From Phormidium sp. (lineage in GTDB: Bacteria > Cyanobacteriota > Cyanobacteriia > Cyanobacteriales > Aerosakkonemataceae), in NCBI GenBank assembly GCA_051013385.1, contig CP143273.1, positions 608,001 to 672,000 of the forward strand: a stretch of DNA of 64,000 bases, written 5' to 3'. A program made the translations under genes and the position numbers. Of this stretch, positions 9,409 to 19,900 are shown piece after piece. The notes beneath the pieces were generated by a model that saw only the letters and a program-made list of their open reading frames with translations, searched no databases and was not told where the DNA came from. The stretch's first letter is position 1. Each line of letters opens with the position of its first letter.

Positions 9409-11132
9409 TTATTAAAGGACTTACAGAAGTAGCAAATCAGTTAGGAATTATGCCTGAAAAATCAGTTTCTGTTTCTCCTGTAACAAGAGAGTGTCAGGCA
9501 AATCCGCAAGATATTCCTATGATGTATCGCGCTCAAGTGGATGGGCGTTGTAGCTTGCAGTATGCTGGTAATAATTCAGATAGAAATCAGTGGTTGAAAG
9601 AATGGGTGCGCCCTAAACCGGATTTGGAACCATGCTACCAATATAATGAAGCCGAAGGTTTAGACGGTACTATTTACCGTGTTAAAGTTGCATTTCCTTT
9701 TCGACTATTTAGCAATTGTGGTCAAGACAGCATTGCACGTCCTGTATTAGGAAAATATGGGATTCCCTTTATCCCTGGTAGTAGCGTAAAAGGTGTATTT
9801 TTAAGACTTTGTATATCTGGACAAGTCGAGCAATCAGTAAAAGATAGAGTTAGAGAATACTGTGGTGATGAAAATAAACCTGGTATTTTGCGATTTCACG
9901 GTGCTTACCCTTTAGGAAATTGGTCACAACGGATAGTAGACATAGCTTATCCACAACAAAATCGCCAAGTAGGAAATCCTCAAATAGGAGGGGAAACTCC
10001 TAAAGCTCTGATTAGTCTTTATCAACCGAACATGATGTTTGAATTTAGTAGCGATCGCTTAACATCAGAGCAATTAAAGCAAGTTGGACTAACCTTAAGT
10101 GATGTTCTACGTCAAGGTTTAGGCGGAAAAATCAGTACAGGTTATGGTTTACCTTATGTCACCCGTCAGCGTTACGATCTAAGCGTTTACATAAAACAGG
10201 GTCAGGGAGTTACTCCAAAACTACTCAATGGAGAACCAGAATTTCGTTCTAATTTGTTTAAAGCGACTCTCAGAGGTCATGCTACTAGGTTACTAGCAGG
10301 TGCTTGTAGGGATGATAGCCCACAAGAGAAAGATCTTGTAAAAAGAAAAGTAGAGAGCTTTTTTGGCAGTACAAATAGCCCTGGAGTGTTAGAAATCTAT
10401 TGGAATGATAGAACTCTTGACAATTGGAAAAAAAGCAATAATTCTCAAGATATCTTTCAAGTTAAAGGAGATTTAAATATTTATTTAGATCTCGAAGCTT
10501 ATCCTGAGAAAATTGATGAGATTGAAAGAGCTAAAGCTAAGGCTAAAGATATTGAGTTTATCAAGTTGGTTCTAAAATTCGCTTATACTATCGGAGGCTT
10601 TGGGAAGTCATGGCGACGAGCTTGCCATGAAAAATTCTATAAAGCGGCGTACAATCCAAAGTATGACAAGTATATCGGTTGTCATTGGGAAGCAGATGAA
10701 GACTGGATTAATACCATTAAAAAGCCAGAAGATTTGAATATTTTTCTTAGGGAAGTAGAAAATTTTTGTCGAAATTACAGACAACCTAATTTAGCTCAAT
10801 ATTTAAATTGGAGAGAATCATGGCATAAACACCGAGTATGCGTTTATAGTCAGGTAGTTCAACAGTCTCAAATTATTAAGTTATTTCATACCGATCCTTA
10901 TGCAATTACTTTAGCAGTTGGAGGCAAAATTAAGCGAAACTCACAACCTACAGCAGTAAGTTTGGTTTGGCATCGGATGTTACCGCTATCTGACAAGAAA
11001 TATTTAGAAATAGTGACAATCTTTCATGGCGATCGCACTCCCTGGAACAACCAATTAAAACCCTTCACTGAAGCTATCAAATCAGCATTAAATGTTCCTA
11101 CCCCCACTTGGGGAAACGAGCCTAATTTTTGA
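9405..11132 (+). CDS. cmr6: Cmr6-Cmr1 RAMP fusion
   Basis: Two RAMP modules: GIPFIPGSSVKG...GLGGKISTGYG, then FKATLRG...FGST...GGFGKSWRR. Confidence 0.8.
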   Translation: MIIKGLTEVANQLGIMPEKSVSVSPVTRECQANPQDIPMMYRAQVDGRCSLQYAGNNSDRNQWLKEWVRPKPDLEPCYQYNEAEGLDGTIYRVKVAFPFRLFSNCGQDSIARPVLGKYGIPFIPGSSVKGVFLRLCISGQVEQSVKDRVREYCGDENKPGILRFHGAYPLGNWSQRIVDIAYPQQNRQVGNPQIGGETPKALISLYQPNMMFEFSSDRLTSEQLKQVGLTLSDVLRQGLGGKISTGYGLPYVTRQRYDLSVYIKQGQGVTPKLLNGEPEFRSNLFKATLRGHATRLLAGACRDDSPQEKDLVKRKVESFFGSTNSPGVLEIYWNDRTLDNWKKSNNSQDIFQVKGDLNIYLDLEAYPEKIDEIERAKAKAKDIEFIKLVLKFAYTIGGFGKSWRRACHEKFYKAAYNPKYDKYIGCHWEADEDWINTIKKPEDLNIFLREVENFCRNYRQPNLAQYLNWRESWHKHRVCVYSQVVQQSQIIKLFHTDPYAITLAVGGKIKRNSQPTAVSLVWHRMLPLSDKKYLEIVTIFHGDRTPWNNQLKPFTEAIKSALNVPTPTWGNEPNF

Positions 11133-11147
11133 GACTTAAAAGGAAAT

Positions 11148-12113
11148 ATGAAAAATAAACCGGGTTCTAAACGGCTGGGTTTGAGGATGCAACAAAAGGC
11201 GATCGCTATTCGCACTCGCTTGCAACCGCTTGGCAAGAGAGGATTGCAAATAGCTAGGTCAATCCCTAATTCGGCTATGAAATTAGTGAGTCGCCTTAGC
11301 AAGACAATCTCTAACTGCACTATTTATTTTATTCAATCTTTGCAATTGGGGCGGATTTTTCGCCGCTTGGGACTGCCTTTTTGGACGCTTTTAGGAATTG
11401 GATTTGCCGGGTGGTGGTTTGATAATGCAGGTGCATTAATTGAATCCTTAATACATTACATACTGTACTTGTTAAAGATTGAGGCAAATACCCCCGAATT
11501 ACCTACTTATTTACCTAAATTATTGATGTTCTTGATTCCTTGGGTAGCTATAATTAGCATTGGAATATGGCAAAGTTACGGGCGGAAAATAATTTTCAAA
11601 GGAATTTCTGGCAAACTGCGAAAGCCAGAAGGAAAAAAGGGCTTGATTTTACTGGTTAGTAACCCTGATAGTGCTAAGTTTGCTATTAACTATCATTATG
11701 TTGAAAAAGGTACTCTGGAAAAAGTTTGGCTGATTCCTTCCGATCCTAATGAAGAGGAAAAAAAGAAATTTGGTTCATCCACTATCAGCAAAATAGCTCC
11801 TATTAAAGATTATTGCAATGAGTTAAAAGTTAAATACGGCAGAAGTTTAGAAGTGGAAGATGAAAAGGGCGTTTCTCCTGGTGATGCTCAAGATACTTTT
11901 GACTATGTAAATCGAATCTACCGACAAAGTGGCTATGCAGAGCATGAATTAATTGCTGATTTTACTGGGGGGACAAAACCGATGTCGGTGGGAATGATTA
12001 TGGCTTGTTTGAAGCGCGATCGCGAGTTGGAATATGTCTCATACGTTCCACCAACATCTTTTGGGCCTTTTTTGATTGATTATCAGCATAGTGCTTTTGA
12101 TTTGATCGGGTGA
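11148..12113 (+). CDS. Transmembrane CARF effector (Cam1-like)
   Basis: Hydrophobic helices (LPFWTLLGIGFAGWW; LLMFLIPWVAIISIGIW) followed by a CARF motif IADFTGGTKPMSVG; start codon uncertain. Confidence 0.75.
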   Translation: MKNKPGSKRLGLRMQQKAIAIRTRLQPLGKRGLQIARSIPNSAMKLVSRLSKTISNCTIYFIQSLQLGRIFRRLGLPFWTLLGIGFAGWWFDNAGALIESLIHYILYLLKIEANTPELPTYLPKLLMFLIPWVAIISIGIWQSYGRKIIFKGISGKLRKPEGKKGLILLVSNPDSAKFAINYHYVEKGTLEKVWLIPSDPNEEEKKKFGSSTISKIAPIKDYCNELKVKYGRSLEVEDEKGVSPGDAQDTFDYVNRIYRQSGYAEHELIADFTGGTKPMSVGMIMACLKRDRELEYVSYVPPTSFGPFLIDYQHSAFDLIG

Positions 12114-12238
12114 TTGCGGTAAAGTGCGTCAATCGCACTCTCTGGAAACGCGAAAGGAAACACTAATTAAAATCGTTCACTGATGCAATCAAATTAGGTT
12201 TAAACATTACTATTTTACTTGGGAAACTACCCTAATTT

Positions 12239-13459
12239 ATGAGCAGAAAAATCATCACTTTTTTAGGTGCTGCACTCGCTACTAGCACTACTACCTACAC
12301 TTTTAAAGATGAAAATGACGAGGAGAAAAAATATGATGGTAAAGTGTTTCCAGAAGCACTTCGACAATTTTACAAATGTGAATATGACTTGATGTTGGTC
12401 TGTGTAACGGAAAAAGCTAAAGCTGTCAATTGGTCGGTATTAGAAGCACTTAAAGACTCTAAAATTCAAGCGGTTGATATCCCCACTGGCAATAATACTG
12501 CTGAAATGTGGCAAATATTCACCATTATTACAGGACATATCGAGAGGGGCGATCGCGTAATTTTTGATATCACTCACGGTTTGCGATCGCTTCCTTTTCT
12601 CGTCTTCTTATTTGCTGCCTATCTCAAAACAGCTAAACAAGTGATTATTGAGGCGATTTATTATGGTGCTTTCGATTTAAAATCTGAGAATAACGGCATA
12701 GCTCCTGTTATTGATCTATCAGAATTTGTATCTATGATTGACTGGATTGTTGCTAGCAATCAATTTGTGGAAACAGGAGATGCAAGGCAGCTATCTAAAT
12801 TGCTCAATCCCAATAGCGACAAGTCAGGTGCTAATTATGAAGCAGCAAAAACTCTTTTTGATGTTTCGTTTGCTACGTTACTTTGTCGGCCTATAGAATT
12901 AGGTAAACTAGCAGATGCTTTAGCTAAAGATTTGTTAGAGGCTGAACAACAGCAGCCAAATCGAGTTGTTCCTTTTGAAATGTTGCGCCAACAAGTTACT
13001 CAAACATTCAGTTCTTTTGTTGGTAATTTAGATAAAAATGCTAAGGAGGCTTTGCAAGCTCAGTTTCAACTAATTCACTGGTATCATAATAATAATCGCA
13101 TCATCGAAGCAATGACTCTGGCTAGGGAGTGGTTGTTAGCTGCTGTGAATTATAAGTTAGAGGGAAGTGTAGATATCGACGATCGATATACTCGTGAAGA
13201 TATTAATGACGCACTTTGGGAGATTAGCCAAAATACACCGCCTAGACAATTAAGAGATTATGGAAAAAAAATTCACCAATGGCCAGAAAAAAGACAATTA
13301 ATTGCTGTGTGGAATAAAGTACGAATTCTGCGAAATACTCTCGATCATGCTGGATATGAAAGGCACGCTCCTAATCCTAGTAAAATTGTTCAGAGTGCGA
13401 ATCAAGCAATAAGTTCTTTATCTGAATTAGCTAAGTGTTGGGGTTTGGGCAATTGTTAA
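12239..13459 (+). CDS. csx1: Csx1 (DxTHG CARF + HEPN) ribonuclease
   Basis: FDITHGLRSLP motif; HEPN R-x4-H motif RNTLDH. Confidence 0.92.
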   Translation: MSRKIITFLGAALATSTTTYTFKDENDEEKKYDGKVFPEALRQFYKCEYDLMLVCVTEKAKAVNWSVLEALKDSKIQAVDIPTGNNTAEMWQIFTIITGHIERGDRVIFDITHGLRSLPFLVFLFAAYLKTAKQVIIEAIYYGAFDLKSENNGIAPVIDLSEFVSMIDWIVASNQFVETGDARQLSKLLNPNSDKSGANYEAAKTLFDVSFATLLCRPIELGKLADALAKDLLEAEQQQPNRVVPFEMLRQQVTQTFSSFVGNLDKNAKEALQAQFQLIHWYHNNNRIIEAMTLAREWLLAAVNYKLEGSVDIDDRYTREDINDALWEISQNTPPRQLRDYGKKIHQWPEKRQLIAVWNKVRILRNTLDHAGYERHAPNPSKIVQSANQAISSLSELAKCWGLGNC

Positions 13460-13516
13460 GGTGTGTAAAGCGCGATCGCCTGATATGCGTCGATCGCGTA
13501 GCGTGCCGCTGGTAAT

Positions 13517-13932
13517 CGCTCAACTCTGTTTCTCCATCTGCCAAAAATGCCCCAAATCCTTACCTTATCTAGTTTTGTCTGTGTTGCTGGAGTTGGCAAC
13601 CCCCATCGACGCACCTATTTACCCCCCATCCTCGCTGTTTGAGTGGAGGTGTGTAGGTAGATCTAAAGCACGGACTTCCTGAGAAGTTTACATCGCTCAA
13701 ACCATTGTTATATCTAGCTTTTGGTAAATTTGGGGAGTTGAGGATAAGCGATCGACACACCTAAAGCGATTCCTGTAACCTAGCAATTTGGTTAATCTAC
13801 GTCGATGCCTTGCCATGACTGGATTTGAGCCATGTTGTTGACCCCTTGTTTGATGTCGATCTACAATCTTTTTACTAGGTGCGTCGATTTGATGTCTAAA
13901 ACCCTCTCTGGGTAAAGGCTCTGCGGCGAACT
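13517..13932 (+). promoter_or_regulatory. CRISPR leader of array 1
   Basis: Non-coding region abutting the first repeat; reverse-complement homolog of 46086-46505. Confidence 0.85.
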
Positions 13933-16900
13933 CCCTACCGATTGGGTTAATTCGGATTAGTTGGAAACCCTTGGAAGTTTAGAGATTCATAATCAGAATC
14001 ACCCTACCGATTGGGTTAATTCGGATTAGTTGGAAACAAAAAAACGATAAGCGCAATTGCAAAAAATCGTTTTATCCCTACCGATTGGGTTAATTCGGAT
14101 TAGTTGGAAACCGTTAAGAACAGAATCTTTGTTACAGTAAAATGCACCTCCCCCTACCGATTGGGTTAATTCGGATTAGTTGGAAACACTGTTGGATTCT
14201 CTACAACAAAAGGTTGTAGGGCAAACCCTACCGATTGGGTTAATTCGGATTAGTTGGAAACGGCTGGCAATTTAACCAGCAACCACCATTGTGGTAGTAC
14301 CCTACCGATTGGGTTAATTCGGATTAGTTGGAAACTCCTCCACCAGCAAGTGCCGGTAAGGACGGGGTAACAATACCCTACCGATTGGGTTAATTCGGAT
14401 TAGTTGGAAACTCTTGACGGTAATCTTTCCCAGCTTTTGGCTGGACTTTGTCCCCTACCGATTGGGTTAATTCGGATTAGTTGGAAACCGGAGTTACGCG
14501 GTTACTCGACGGCGTAACCCACCCAACCCTACCGATTGGGTTAATTCGGATTAGTTGGAAACGATTTGAGGAGCAGATTTGCCCGTATAACGATCCCAGC
14601 AACCCTACCGATTGGGTTAATTCGGATTAGTTGGAAACGAGGTGTCCCGCATGCAGCAGAAATATTGCAAAAACCCCTACCGATTGGGTTAATTCGGATT
14701 AGTTGGAAACAATCATGCTTTATTTAGATCGTGTCAAGACTGCATTCCCTACCGATTGGGTTAATTCGGATTAGTTGGAAACACTAAGCTCTGAACGCTT
14801 CCATCCCCGGATTCATCAACACCCCTACCGATTGGGTTAATTCGGATTAGTTGGAAACTTTTTGGTGGGTCGCCCGGGATTCGAACCCGGAACTAATCCC
14901 TACCGATTGGGTTAATTCGGATTAGTTGGAAACCCTAAGCTAAGCATATAAACAAAAACTTAGAAAAGATAAACCCTACCGATTGGGTTAATTCGGATTA
15001 GTTGGAAACCAAGAATTGAGGGTGGGTTGCTAGGAGTTGCGTTGGCCCTACCGATTGGGTTAATTCGGATTAGTTGGAAACCACCGGCGGATCTTCTTCC
15101 AATCCCGAGGAAGTTCCTTGGCCCTACCGATTGGGTTAATTCGGATTAGTTGGAAACGGTTGGGCAACATGCAGCATAAAAACTGCAAAAAAGCCAACCC
15201 TACCGATTGGGTTAATTCGGATTAGTTGGAAACGGAAACATAATGAAACATGTTAACAAACACTGTTTTAGCAATGCCCTACCGATTGGGTTAATTCGGA
15301 TTAGTTGGAAACCATTAAGCCAAGCAAGATCGCCTGACCTGCAAATGAATACCCCTACCGATTGGGTTAATTCGGATTAGTTGGAAACAAACACGTTCAT
15401 AAATTTCGGGAGTACCTTCAAACCCTACCGATTGGGTTAATTCGGATTAGTTGGAAACAAAACGGCGGTGTGAGAAACCAACAAGGTTTCTTTAAACCCC
15501 TACCGATTGGGTTAATTCGGATTAGTTGGAAACCTTCGGTTTCGAAGTCTGGTTGGTAGTAATTCTCTTCATCCCTACCGATTGGGTTAATTCGGATTAG
15601 TTGGAAACGTGTAATTCCCGGGATTATCCCACCCATTGGATGGGCCCTACCGATTGGGTTAATTCGGATTAGTTGGAAACGATCATTCCCGACCTTACAA
15701 CCGGTTGGTTTTTCAATCCCTACCGATTGGGTTAATTCGGATTAGTTGGAAACTTGGACAAAGGCAAACCCGAAGGCGGGTCCGCCTGTTGAGCCCTACC
15801 GATTGGGTTAATTCGGATTAGTTGGAAACAATACGAGACCACACAATTACCGAAAAATGTAATGGTGTGACCCTACCGATTGGGTTAATTCGGATTAGTT
15901 GGAAACAATTTGGGGCAAGAAGAAATCCTCCTGATCCGTTGTCCCTACCGATTGGGTTAATTCGGATTAGTTGGAAACTTATTATTTTGTAAGGCTGCAG
16001 ATCCAGAGTCACCTTTAACCCTACCGATTGGGTTAATTCGGATTAGTTGGAAACATCTAAATTACCCGCCATTTCGGCGGGTTTTGTTTCCCTACCGATT
16101 GGGTTAATTCGGATTAGTTGGAAACTAGTATTAGCACCTCCGGTAACCGTGTTTCCAACACCACCCTACCGATTGGGTTAATTCGGATTAGTTGGAAACA
16201 AATGATTTTACCGACCGCACTACCGAAATCATAGTATTCCCTACCGATTGGGTTAATTCGGATTAGTTGGAAACCTTCTTCTTGCTGAACTTCTTGGCTG
16301 TCTTGGTCACCCTACCGATTGGGTTAATTCGGATTAGTTGGAAACAATATTGGTTCATTTCCTTTTATTTCCAAAAATACCACAACCCTACCGATTGGGT
16401 TAATTCGGATTAGTTGGAAACCTTTTGAACACTTCTTCCCAAAAATTTTGGGAAAACCCTACCGATTGGGTTAATTCGGATTAGTTGGAAACTTCAATCG
16501 AGTTGATAATCAATCGACCATGAGCAGTTTCGACCCTACCGATTGGGTTAATTCGGATTAGTTGGAAACGTGTAAATTAATCCCCAGTAGTTAAAAATCT
16601 ACTTGGGGCCCTACCGATTGGGTTAATTCGGATTAGTTGGAAACTTCACACTCAGGTGTCAGGTAATTTTTTTTCGGCTCTTCCCTACCGATTGGGTTAA
16701 TTCGGATTAGTTGGAAACGATGAGACACCTTCAGTCTGGAAACGAACTGACCATGTCCCTACCGATTGGGTTAATTCGGATTAGTTGGAAACCAATTTGT
16801 AAAACTGCCCAACCCGAGACCTTTAATCCCTACCGATTGGGTTAATTCGGATTAGTTGGAAACTAAAGAGTCAGGTTACCAAAAACTAGAATTCTAGACC

Positions 16901-19900
16901 CTACCGATTGGGTTAATTCGGATTAGTTGGAAACACTAAAACCTGCGCAGCCTGCTCAGGCAACCCTTTATTTACACCCTACCGATTGGGTTAATTCGGA
17001 TTAGTTGGAAACCGCTGAAAATAAGTGATCAGGTAAGTGGAATGAAATATCATCCCTACCGATTGGGTTAATTCGGATTAGTTGGAAACGAGAGCGGAGA
17101 GCTCTTGGGTTTGAACTTCAGTTAACCCTACCGATTGGGTTAATTCGGATTAGTTGGAAACTCTTGTTGTTTTGCGGACTGTGTCAGCATTTTCCCCTTC
17201 CCTACCGATTGGGTTAATTCGGATTAGTTGGAAACGATCTCCAGGACAGTTGTCCTTAAGAAGGACAAACAAATCGGCCCTACCGATTGGGTTAATTCGG
17301 ATTAGTTGGAAACCAGGTAAAGTAGGGCAAAGCAGATCAGCAAAATCTCCAACCCTACCGATTGGGTTAATTCGGATTAGTTGGAAACCCTTGTAGAGAT
17401 TGGAAAAACCAATTCTACCGGAAAGACCCTACCGATTGGGTTAATTCGGATTAGTTGGAAACGCCTGGTTAGTTTCCAACTCGAGTTGCAATTCCACCCT
17501 ACCGATTGGGTTAATTCGGATTAGTTGGAAACTTGACGGGTTTGCGTTTTGACGCAAACGACGATTCAAACCCTACCGATTGGGTTAATTCGGATTAGTT
17601 GGAAACTTCGGTATGCCGTTGCCGGTTCCTTACCTCGTGTTCGTTTAAGCCCTACCGATTGGGTTAATTCGGATTAGTTGGAAACATAGATGCGTTTTCC
17701 GGTTTTCGGGTCAGTGCACCAAAACCCTACCGATTGGGTTAATTCGGATTAGTTGGAAACTTACATTGGTCGCACAAGCAACCAAACTCCACCCACACCC
17801 TACCGATTGGGTTAATTCGGATTAGTTGGAAACCAGGGAACACGCAAGAAACCGACCGGCAACGCATTCAAACCCTACCGATTGGGTTAATTCGGATTAG
17901 TTGGAAACACGTAAGTATTCAATATCATTATATTGGCGAAGACGTTGTACCCTACCGATTGGGTTAATTCGGATTAGTTGGAAACTCTGTTACGGCTGTC
18001 CATCCTGCAAAATCATTGGTACCCTACCGATTGGGTTAATTCGGATTAGTTGGAAACTTCAGGTACTGGCTGGGGGTTTTCTTTCAACAAAAGCCCTACC
18101 GATTGGGTTAATTCGGATTAGTTGGAAACAACCGGTTACTCCATTAGGTGTGCCAGTCAAGCTAACCCTACCGATTGGGTTAATTCGGATTAGTTGGAAA
18201 CATTTTTCTTGAGTAGGAATCCTAAACGTCACCACGCCCTACCGATTGGGTTAATTCGGATTAGTTGGAAACCAATCTCCACGATCAGCGGCGTTTTTGT
18301 ATGCCTGACCCCCTACCGATTGGGTTAATTCGGATTAGTTGGAAACAAAAGGGCTTGTAACTTTGCCAAAGGGAGGTGGGACCCTACCGATTGGGTTAAT
18401 TCGGATTAGTTGGAAACTCTGCTTCTTATTTTCAATTTGTCAGGTCAAAGGCCGTTTTCCCTACCGATTGGGTTAATTCGGATTAGTTGGAAACCTTTTT
18501 TTACTAGCAGAGTCATTTCCGCGATACATAGTCAGCCCTACCGATTGGGTTAATTCGGATTAGTTGGAAACGCTCAGGAAACCGCCAGAACAGTTGCAGT
18601 TGCAGCCCCTACCGATTGGGTTAATTCGGATTAGTTGGAAACTATATAATATAAAAAACTTTCTTTCCAGATTCTTTCCAGAGATACCCTACCGATTGGG
18701 TTAATTCGGATTAGTTGGAAACAATAGGTTGCAGCAGTCAAAGAATAAAACCAAACTTGACCCTACCGATTGGGTTAATTCGGATTAGTTGGAAACATGA
18801 TTGCGGACGTCCTCCCCAGCCTTTTTCAAGCTGCCCTACCGATTGGGTTAATTCGGATTAGTTGGAAACTTTGAATGCAGACTCCACCTCTGAACACTCC
18901 CCAGAGGACCCTACCGATTGGGTTAATTCGGATTAGTTGGAAACGTTAGCTTCATGATTTTTTTACCCAAATAAACAAATGAACAACCCTACCGATTGGG
19001 TTAATTCGGATTAGTTGGAAACGCTAGTATTAGCACCTCCGGTAACTGTGTTTCCAACGCCGACCCTACCGATTGGGTTAATTCGGATTAGTTGGAAACG
19101 ATTGAAAGAACTTCAGAGGGTTGAGCCTCACGTCCCTACCGATTGGGTTAATTCGGATTAGTTGGAAACAAGAAACAGCAATGATAGCAGCAAAACCAAC
19201 CAAGCCGAACCCTACCGATTGGGTTAATTCGGATTAGTTGGAAACACGCTCAGAATTAGCACCCCAAGCTGCTACACGGGCTGACCCTACCGATTGGGTT
19301 AATTCGGATTAGTTGGAAACCTGAAGAAAAGAAAGGCCTCCCCAATCGCTCATAGTTCCCCTACCGATTGGGTTAATTCGGATTAGTTGGAAACCAAAAC
19401 TGACCCGGCACGGAGGTGAAATAAAAAAAAAACCCTACCGATTGGGTTAATTCGGATTAGTTGGAAACGAATAATACTCCCCATCAGTTTTTTCACCTTT
19501 AAAGTTACCCTACCGATTGGGTTAATTCGGATTAGTTGGAAACCAGAATTGATTTACAAAGAAAGTACAAGAGTTCTTTTTCGCCCTACCGATTGGGTTA
19601 ATTCGGATTAGTTGGAAACCAGAGCTGCGAGGGTAGCGATAAAAAACAACGCAATCCCTACCGATTGGGTTAATTCGGATTAGTTGGAAACAAAAAAGGA
19701 CAATAAAAACCCAATTCTTGCGCAAAAACCCTACCGATTGGGTTAATTCGGATTAGTTGGAAACAAATCAACAACGTACACGTTATCTAAATAACAGACT
19801 ACGTCCCTACCGATTGGGTTAATTCGGATTAGTTGGAAACTTTCCATCTTTTAGCGGGATACGCACGGTTAAACCCTACCGATTGGGTTAATTCGGATTA

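Noticed and set aside
14859..14897. tRNA gene inside array 1
   Set aside because: Only the 3' half is present, bounded by repeats; it is a spacer
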